Assembly: GCA_910592345.1 (NCBI GenBank)
Contig: CAJVPI010000345.1
Coordinates: 1 to 34,113, forward strand
Source: Paraglomus brasilianum
Taxonomy: Eukaryota
Length of the DNA stretch: 34,113 bases
Direction: 5' to 3'
In this document: in pieces, positions 13,603 to 22,019 of the stretch
Numbering within the stretch: position 1 is the stretch's first letter
How the letters are laid out: every line of letters begins with the position of its first letter
The notes under the pieces: generated by a model
Told to the model about the DNA's origin: nothing
The model's database searches: none
Seen by the model: only the letters and a program-made list of their open reading frames with translations
Position numbers and translations under genes: made by a program

Positions 13603-14984
13603 TTTGATTTACTAAACTGTCGTTCTTGGAGGGGCCCAAAGAAATTTTTTTTTTCCCGATAGTCAGAAAAAATTATCACAACGTTGTCCAATGTTCAATG
13701 GCCCAACTAAAAAAAAAAGCGTAATCGCGCTTTATGTAAAATTCCTCCTTTTTTAATTTTGTGGAGATGTGTCACAAGGAAAGGGGATAACTAGGCCCCA
13801 AGGTGTGTTTAGTATGTTGAATGTGACTGGAACTGCAGGGGCATTCGGATTATCATAAATCAGCAGCGGGGTCGGGCGAAATGGGTTGCGGTCGAATAAT
13901 TTGATTGCCAAGTAGTCACAATGGAGTAATTGCAGTCTCGAAATTCTAGCCGTACGATGGAATGATCGAAGAGTCGGAAAATCTTGTTTTGTGCGAGTAA
14001 CGCTTATGCAGAAGAGTTTCATTGGTTTTGTTTACATTTTGCATAACCCAAAAAACCTCTTTATTTCCCTACATTTGCATTTCTAGCATTGTTGCAAGTG
14101 ACACGCGCAGAATAGACTATTGTATGACAATCGGCAGATGGGATGATTGGAATTTTATCATAATATGTCGTAGATCGCTAATTTGCTGTCCGCGGAGACC
14201 CTATGTTACGTGGCTATGTGATTCTCATATGTTACGTGATAAACGTTAACTTATATATGCTTAAAAGATCATCGAATCTAATCTCTTTCGGCTGAAGCAG
14301 TTTCTGAAATTACTGTCGTCCCCTCCAGTTTCTTGGTGGACACAGGTTGCCATTCTCGTCCATTTCTTGGTATTTATGGAAACAATCAACAGGGGTATGA
14401 CATCTTCATAAGTCAATGTGTGGCTGTTGGGGACAAAACGAATAACGTAAAAAGGCAAGCGGTTAGTATTTGTGATGGTCGTTTACACGAGAAACTCGGC
14501 ACGACACTGACAAAAAAGAGCGAGGATTTCAATGCCTTGTCTTTATAGGGAGAAAAAAAAATCAAACTACCAGATGAAGCTTATCTGCATCCGACAAACT
14601 TATTCGGCATTTTGCGTTTTGTACTAGATTACAAGTTGTTTGCACCATGGAATACATCGTTTGTGGCATGTACAGAATCAAAAGATCCGAAGATGGAGTA
14701 ATTTTCGATATTAAATCTAAAGTCCTTGCATATCATTCGACACTGTAATGACTTTCCGAATCACAAAACTTGATTCACATGAAATAATCACCTGTTTAGA
14801 ACGTCGAATCGAAAAAAGTAGTTGGTAAGATAGATTCATTATATTAAGATATAAATGTGTGCCAAGGTATCTTAATCTATGCGCGCAACTGACTAAATTG
14901 AAATTATTGTTTATCACTAACGCTAACTAAAGTCTTATTTCATCTGCACGTGATTGATAATCTTAAACATGGTATTAGTATTAC

Positions 14985-15046
14985 ATATTTTGATATAACA
15001 ACCCATCAACCAAAAATATTTTGATATAATAATCTATCAACCAAAA
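14985..15046. repeat. 31-bp tandem duplication (2 imperfect copies)
   Basis: atattttgatataacaacccatcaaccaaaa followed by atattttgatataataatctatcaaccaaaa, just 3' of the GT-like gene. Confidence 0.85.
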
Positions 15047-15144
15047 ACATTACAAGTCAATCGGTAACGTAATCATCTAAATTACTCTATTTTTACCTCC
15101 AACTATTCCCCATATTCTTTTTACCCACGTGACATGCTGACACA

Positions 15145-16945
15145 TCACGCCTTCAACCTGATCCGGTCATCCAAGAACTTCTCAAGCAACTGTGCCGTCA
15201 CTTTGCCACCGTCATGACTCAATCTTTTCTTCTCGTCTTCACATCCACCGGATAATGCAGACGCTTTGAGAATGTATGATTGCCATCGACCTGTTTCAAA
15301 GTGCTCTTTTGGAATTTCTACACATGAACCTTGCCTCAACATGAGGTTTTTAAGGCCCATTTCCTCCATAAATTGAGGTCTAGAGACGTATATGAATGGC
15401 TTGGAATGACCTATACATTCCGAGCATGTGCCATAACCCTGTAATAATATAGACAAAGATTGATGAATTATATAAAGTAGCTTCTCCACAACTCGTCTAA
15501 AGACACTCTGATGTTTCTCCCTCGTGAACATACCAGTTTCCCCATTACAACCGAGGCTGCGTTAGTAAGATCAGGCAAGTATGCATCTAACGGACACTTG
15601 TAAAACCTGTCTGGTAAAGTCCTTCCGTCAGCACCCCATGCTCCGCAAACAATTGCAATCCATCCGTCGGGCAACGGCTCGCCCAGCTCTTTGTTATTGG
15701 CAACTTTTTGTCCACCAAATTGAACGAGAAGAATCTTGTGCGTTTCAAAAATTTCACGAGGAATATTTAGGTCACGCAAGACATCTTCACGAGGTCTCTT
15801 GCACTTTCGAACTACAAGTGGGACATCGATTACTCGTCGTAGATTAAGAGAAGTTGCAGATTTTTGACGAGAGCGGGTGGTTCTACGGGAGGAAAATATG
15901 GAAGATTTGTGGTCATGTATGACGACCCCGTTGGCTCCAACTTTCCTCGTTCTAACACCGTTCTTCTCTACTTTTCCCTTTCTATTGCTTGTTCTCTTCT
16001 CAACCAAAACCCGATCATTAGGATACAGTTGTGTACCTGGGAACGCAGGCAATGGTATATAGCCCGGCAATCTTATCAATAATTCCGAGTTTTTATAATC
16101 AGCTATGACTCGTTCAACAAGAGATCTTATTGTTATATCTAGTCCATCGCCCTCGCATAATCCATGGTAAACGGCATCAAACGTAAAGTTGGAAACTATG
16201 GATGAGGGAATGCCGGCGGCGGCGGCAGCAGCGCTGATCAATGAGAAATATAGGTTAGCGACGAAAAATCAAAAACAAAGCAAATGACGTAAAATCGCTC
16301 TCTTTTCATTCCCCGTATCCCCTTTTCTTACGAGTTTCCTTCCTCCCACCCCTTTCCATCCCATGTCGGGGAAACTCACCACGGTAGAAAAGGAGCATCA
16401 CTCAAAACAATGTCTGCTTTAACTTCCTTCAACCAGTTAACCTCGATATCCAGCATCTCTTCCCGTTTTTCTAAGAATTCAGTCAAGTCGGTTATCGTTC
16501 TTTCTCGATCAACCGTATATGGTAACGGCTGCTGTACACCTGCATCTATTAGCGCATGACGGTATTGTGCCCCGAGATCTATGACAGCCTGAAAGATGAA
16601 GCGAGGAGCATTGGAAATTATGTAGGTAGTATGCGAACGTGAGAGGGAGAGGATTTCGGAAGCGATTTGAACTACGCGCGTTGCATGACCAAAGCCTGTA
16701 GAATTGGAGTGAAGTGACGAAAAGTAAGAGTTACAAGATGTTAGAACGTGATCAGTTATTAGTTTGCTAATTAGTGTAAAGGAGCAATTGCAGGAGGTTG
16801 TATAGTAAGCACTGACTGCGTAGTTATAAAAGAGGGGAATGTGATGTGACAACTCTAAACAATAGGTTAATTTCTTGTTACCATGTCCAGACACGTAATA
16901 GCAAAAGACGTAGTTCTTTTCCTCATTCCTTTTCGAGGGAGACAT
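15145..16945 (-). CDS. Glycosyltransferase-like (GT-B) protein homologous to the N-terminal domain of plant L-arabinokinase ARA1, lacking the kinase domain; 457 aa, 4 exons
   Basis: Exons 16945-16882, 16695-16380, 16233-15534, 15438-15145 join in frame with GT-AG introns (1374 nt). Motifs FCYYVSGHGFGHATRV, SDAPFLPCAAAAAAGIPSSIVSNFTFDAVY, LIRLPGYIPLPAF, IDVPLVVR, YLPDL...MGKLGYGTCSE and PFIYVSRPQFMEE parallel the ARA1 N-terminus as I recall it. Confidence 0.88.
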
Positions 16946-16968
16946 GATCTATTTTTTTTTGTTTAAAC

Positions 16969-17112
16969 TATATATGAGCTTGTGTATACCGATACAGGTT
17001 AATTTCTATGGGCTTTTTTTGTCACTCCTTCTTTCCCACTAAACAAGACACATTAAGACTTTGACACCTCGGATGTAGCAAAGAGAGGGTACGGCGTTAG
17101 TCTATTTTATAT
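16969..17112. repeat. Dispersed direct repeat, copy 1 (immediately upstream of the GT-like gene)
   Basis: gcttgtgtataccgatacaggttaatttct...gtcactccttctttcccactaaacaagacacattaagactttgacacctc...aaagagagggtacggcgttagtctattttatat recurs at 17947-18072. Confidence 0.92.
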
Positions 17113-17528
17113 ATTCAAAATACCCATTATTTGCTTGCAGAACATAATGTATATTGTGTGACATTAATACAGTTGCTTGCAATTATTGTGAATGTCTTTA
17201 TGGTTGAGGGATGGTCCAATAAAAAAGTTTACTATTTGTGTTGCTGGAGGAAAGGGTTATGTGAGGCTCAGCTATTAAAAGTGATAACAAATCGGTTATA
17301 ATTATCTCTGAATCGCGGGCCTTCCTCTATAAATAAAACATAACAATACATGTGAGCACTTACCGTTACAACAGAGTTATTTATACCAATCCTATAGTAA
17401 TAGTAATAGCAATAGTAACGTAACCTCGTTTGTATTCCTTAATTATATTAAGCAATTTGTTAACCATATATGTATCATTTATTACACAATAAATCATGTC
17501 ATCTATATATGAATATTTGTGTTAGAAT

Positions 17529-18025
17529 ATGTCGATTATTTGCTTCATTTGGTTAGTCACAATTCTCGATACAGTAAAAACTCGGGCCACAAATTCAACA
17601 AATCAAGTCACTAATTCAACGTCGAGAGGCCACATAATAAAATCAGGCCGTAAATCAGGCCATACATTAAGTCAGAAAATAAATAAAAGACAGCAATTTC
17701 CAAGTTCAAAAATCAAATTACTAATTGTCAGTCTTATTGTGTTAAACCATTACTCATCAAAGAAATTCTTCCGACCGCAAACAGATATGGAAGTAAAAGG
17801 GATATCCATAAAGGTAGGAAGAGAAGCGACGGTCAAGAAATTTTTAGAACAAAGAGAATTTGCAACAAAAAATACATGCGCAATATACTTCGGCACTTAG
17901 TATTAGATGAATCGAAACATCAAACGTCACTGATAGGATATAACTGTATATATGAACGCTTGTGTATACCGATACAGGTTAATTTCTTTGTCACTCCTTC
18001 TTTCCCACTAAACAAGACACATTAA
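17529..18025 (+). pseudogene. Possible secreted KR-processed precursor split by a 1-nt frameshift
   Basis: ORF from 17529 starts hydrophobic (MSIICFIWLVTILDTVKT), has two NST sequons and a KR site. An overlapping frame 17687-18025 is open for 112 codons (NQITNCQSYC...RYGSKRD...GRKRS...TKRICNKKYMR...NCIYERLC). Confidence 0.3.
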
Positions 18026-18072
18026 GACTTTGACACCTCAAAGAGAGGGTACGGCGTTAGTCTATTTTATAT
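17947..18072. repeat. Dispersed direct repeat, copy 2 (two short deletions relative to copy 1)
   Basis: Near-identical to 16969-17112 but missing ~11 nt after ttaatttct and ~10 nt after gacacctc. It ends exactly where the CpG-free block begins. Confidence 0.92.
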
Positions 18073-18073
18073 G

Positions 18074-18502
18074 GGGCAACTGCAACAAAACCAGACAAAA
18101 TAAACATTTGATCATGTGAGCTAAAAGAGGCTAGTGTGGCTAAACATTCAACTAATTTAGCTGATGACATTTTGATGAGGCTTTGCAGCTCCAAGTCAAT
18201 AGGCTGATTTTAGTTTTTAAACTTATACTATGCCAAAATGTGAACTTATTGAGATAAACTACCCATTTAATATAGAAATATGTTCATGTTAAAATATAAA
18301 TATGGAATCAAAAAAAAAACTACAGCACAATCAGAAGCATTTTAAAAAAAGAACAAAAAGAAAAAATTGCACCCTACATTTTTAAACTAATAGAGATCAA
18401 GTCTTTGCAAGCATATTAGGACAAAAAACCTATAAAATTTATCAAGAAGAAAGAGTTTTTAAAAGAGTGCAAGAAAATTCTAATCAAGAATCAAGCAAGT
18501 AA
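18074..18502 (+). pseudogene. Decayed code-4 (TGA=Trp) ORF, 3' part
   Basis: ...KINI(W)SCELKEA...YYAKM(W)TY(W)DKLPI*YRNMFMLKYKYGIKK / NYSTIRSILKKEQKEKIAPYIF / DQVFASILGQKTYKIYQEERVFKRVQENSNQESSK* (TAA 18500-18502). TGA codons at 18109, 18241 and 18250 share one frame. Confidence 0.45.
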
Positions 18503-18556
18503 AGAAAACTATCAGAATAACTTTTTACTTTTTTGTTTTAATTTTGTTAATGTTAA

Positions 18557-19570
18557 TTACTTTTTTACCTTCGTATTCAATCAAGATCATTTTTTAGTTT
18601 CTTTAACTTCAATCTGAGCAGTTAATTGACCATTTTGTTGCTCTTTTAACTGTTTATTTTCCTCTTCCAGTTGCTTATTTTTTTTTCTTCTAAACATTTT
18701 ATCATATCTGATATTCAATAATTCTTGTTTTTGTCTTTCACTTCACTTTTCAGACTTTTCTTGGAACTTAGCCACTTCTTCCCTTCAATTTCTAATGCTA
18801 AGGATTCTTTAGTAGTAGCTAACTTTTCACACAAAGTATTTATTTGTTGTTCATAAAAAATTAAAATTGCTTCTCCTCTTTTACTTTGTTGAGGTAAGGC
18901 TGGCAACTCCTTTACTTCTAACTCTTCTTTGTGTTCAATACAAAAACAGATATACTTACCAGTGACAGCATCAATATCTGACTTGCTCTTTAATCTCCTG
19001 CATCTCTCACATTTCGGTAGCTCATCATTTTTGAATTTTTCTTTGCAACTCTCACAAGCAAAATCATTTGCAAACCATCCAATTTTTTAAAGAAATTTTC
19101 CAAAACAGATTTAAAATTTAAATATTGAAAACTCTTTCCATTTTTGTAATATTGAGTTTTATCAATCCAGTTGAACTGGATTTTTTCACTACCTCAACAA
19201 TATGATTAATACAATCCACAGTTGTTTTTCTGTAAAGTTTCAAATTGTTCACAAACATGTTCCCAAGAAGTTACAAAAAAGCAACAACAGATAATTCTTT
19301 TCTCTTTGCTGTTTGACAAGGCTGGGTTCAGTATCAACAATTTCTTGAATGAACCCAGTTAGACATGGTTCTTGTCTCTCAATCAAATCATACATCACAT
19401 GTGTAAGCAACTTCAAAAGAACACAGTACAGAAATAACTTTTATTATGCAGGCACTGTACATTTAAATCTAGCTTTTCTCAGAAAAAATATACCCATGCA
19501 AGACACTAAATACTCAACTCATTGCCTTCTCATATCTTTCTCTTGTTCTTTCAAATTTACAACAGTAGGA
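18557..19570 (-). pseudogene. Decayed code-4 ORF: Cys-rich (CxxC) region followed by a coiled-coil C-terminus
   Basis: Fragments in order: EVAYTCDV(W)FD(W)ETRTMSNWVHSRNC(W)Y(W)TQPCQ; GWFANDFACESCKEKFKNDELPKCERCRRL...YEQQINTLCEKLATTKESLALEIE; EEVAKFQEKSEK(W)SERQKQELL...NKQLEEENKQLKEQQNGQLTAQIEVKETKK(W)S(W)LNTKVKK* (TAA 18559-18557). Several frameshifts and some TAA/TAG lesions. Confidence 0.65.
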
Positions 19571-20689
19571 CAGTGAAGCCTAAGTACGACGTGATTTCCG
19601 CTTAGTGGTACGAAAATCTCCGATTCCTCATCTAAGTAACACAATCGTCGAGAATTGGCGCAGTGCGGATCAGCGCAGGAACTTGTTCACCCGATTTGGG
19701 CGAAATTCGCCCCAATATATCGAAAATTCTTGACAAGCACAAATTCGCCCATTTAGCCAAAAATCTTGACAGCCAGTGAAACAATAATTAGTTACAAATG
19801 CGAGTCGTAGTCGATAGCTAAAAATTATCTTCAAAAGCTCAAATCTTCGGATCATTCAGCAAGACGTTGCTATTAGGATGGTTCTCTTTTATTCTAATAA
19901 AAATCCGATTCAAATATAAACATTATTATTCCCTGATAAGAGATACTTAGTATCGTTGGCGAAGTGTAAACCGCTTTTCCCGCCGACGGTAAATAGAATT
20001 AATCCTTGCCAATTAATTCTATTTAGTACTTTTGATTCAGAGTTATTGTTTAATTATTGTTAACAGTTTAGATAAGATAATTCCCCGATTTGATAGGCTT
20101 TGAGATTAATCCCATCAAAGAAATCGCAGCAATTACTCGAGGTTAAACAATAATTCAGGAATGACGTATACAAGATCAATATTATATATTATAGATCGTG
20201 AGTATAAATCCTAGTTTAAAGGTCACTAATTGTATCAATATTTAGTTTTGAAGTAGGAAGAGCGAAAGCTTTCGTTAGAAAAGAACTAAGTTAGTACACC
20301 GCTGCTCTCCCAGGTGTAAGCTAGTCCGACAACAGCCACCATTGTCTTCTACTCGCTTAAAAAAGGGTGTTTTCAAACACTTTCTTTTTTTATACGATTG
20401 GACGCCACTATGTTATTGTAATGAGAGCAGCACAGTTGGTCCCGACTTGCAAATACATTAAATGGAGCAAGGTTTCTTCCCGTTGTGTCGTTTTGTACGC
20501 GTTTTCTGTGAAGAAACAATAAAAGGGTGTGTATTTTGTACAGTTTCCAATGTCGCAGGGACCACAGAGCTTTGGACGCAACATTTCTGGACGAAATTGT
20601 GTCCAAAGGTTTCCATTTTACCTCTTTGCTTGTACGCGTCATTTATCCGTACGTGATGTTGTCCAGCCAATAACGGTAATTTTTATCAT

Positions 20690-20905
20690 GCTCTCTAACA
20701 CCCAATCTAGATCTTTGAACGCTTCGTCAAAGCAGTTCAATATCACCTCTGCTGACCCGCGCGGACGCGTCGTTCGGATCGAGCTCGAGCGCATTGTTAA
20801 GATCCGCTAAAGCTGGTTGAGCATGCAATGCACCTTGCTGCGCATACGCAACGCGAAGCCATTATTTATATTGGGCTTGATTTTCAATGCTTTGTTAAAA
20901 TCATC
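20690..20905 (-). pseudogene. Tetratricopeptide-repeat (TPR) protein pseudogene fragment
   Basis: Frameshifted TPR-like units: DDFNKALKIKPNINNGFALRMRSKVHCMLNQ / ALADLNNALELDPNDASARVSRGD / LNCFDEAFKDLDWVLES. The segment is GC- and CpG-richer than its flanks and may extend to ~20370. Confidence 0.75.
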
Positions 20906-22019
20906 GCGCGGCATCGAGAATTCCGGCGCAGTACCTATGCCTATCTGCCATTATCAAACTGCGCCGCTTGAAAAAGTGGTGTTCGCCTAAAGACGGATTC
21001 GACCGAGTCACGATGACGGGACAGACCATCTCGGTTGTACTACATCACGAGGTGCTTTTAATTATGATTGTCCGATTAGAATGGGATAATATCGATGAAT
21101 CTATTCTATCGAATTTATGTTCTGGATGAAAAAGCATTTAGAGGCTGTTATTGAAAAGGGGGCTTAACGATTGACCATTAAATTTTTATTTTTATAAATT
21201 TACATTATTCCTCATGTGCAGATAAAATTTTATGTAAAATGAATACAAATTGGTTGAGCAATAAAAAATTTAAAATTCTCATTGTTTTCCGCCACTACTG
21301 TAAGAGTGGAGGTAAGCGAAGGAAAAAAGCTGACACGAATCGCCGTTTTGCAAGCGAAGAATGATGTATTTGGACCGTTAATAAATAATTGATAGGGTTG
21401 TAGGTAATAATGTAGCATTATAATTAGCCGACAGTCGTCACAATCATTATTATACTTTACTTTTACTATATAAATATATGGTGTTATTGATACTTCCTGT
21501 CTAAAGACGTAATAATAGAGACGAAGCATTTGCGAGTGCTCTGCTTGTATATGAATCGCAAAAAAAAGGTAAGTGAATCGGATCCAAAGAGTATACTTTG
21601 GTCGCGTGGTCACATTGTTAATTTATGGCCAGTTATGGTAGTGATTTTCACGGTTAACATTTAGTAGACTTTTAATATCGACCTACATATTTTATTATTG
21701 ACACTAAACTTTCCGTTCGACTGCAAAAAATATTCAACAGTAAAGAGGACACGCTCGAAATTTGCATCATATTCAGCCTTCATATTAAGGATAAAAAAAA
21801 AAACAAAAGGAAGAAGATAATTAAAGCGCAGTCGAGGGGAAAAAATAGAACCAAATAATACAAATGATACATATCGTGATATTTAAACACTGCACACAGC
21901 TGAAACGTGTGGCTTAGTATTCGTGTGTACATATATATATTCTCACCCTTCCTTATTTATCCATCTCTTCCCTAGTTAGCAGTTTCCGCTATCTAATCTC
22001 GTTAACTATTCAATACTTT

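Larger units (their letters stand above)
18073..19585. other. Foreign-looking, CpG-depleted segment; candidate Mycoplasma-related endobacterium (MRE/Moeniiplasma)-derived insertion
   Basis: Only 2 CpG found by eye (18572, 19015) in ~1.5 kb, versus frequent CpG in both flanks. Two convergent intronless ORF remnants end 54 bp apart. Many in-frame TGA codons sit in Trp-like contexts. Confidence 0.7.

Noticed and set aside
11793..13662. Plus-strand ORFs 11793-12095, 12035-12304, 12172-12636 and 13387-13662
   Set aside because: Antisense shadows of ERG6 exons with no independent protein features.
13603..15140. CACGTG/TACGTG hexamers upstream of ERG6 as sterol-response elements
   Set aside because: The same short motifs occur elsewhere in the window (e.g. 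~6775, ~33433), and there is no comparative support.
18715..18906. 63-aa ORF as a stand-alone fungal gene
   Set aside because: It starts at TTG and is an internal piece of the longer frameshifted code-4 ORF.
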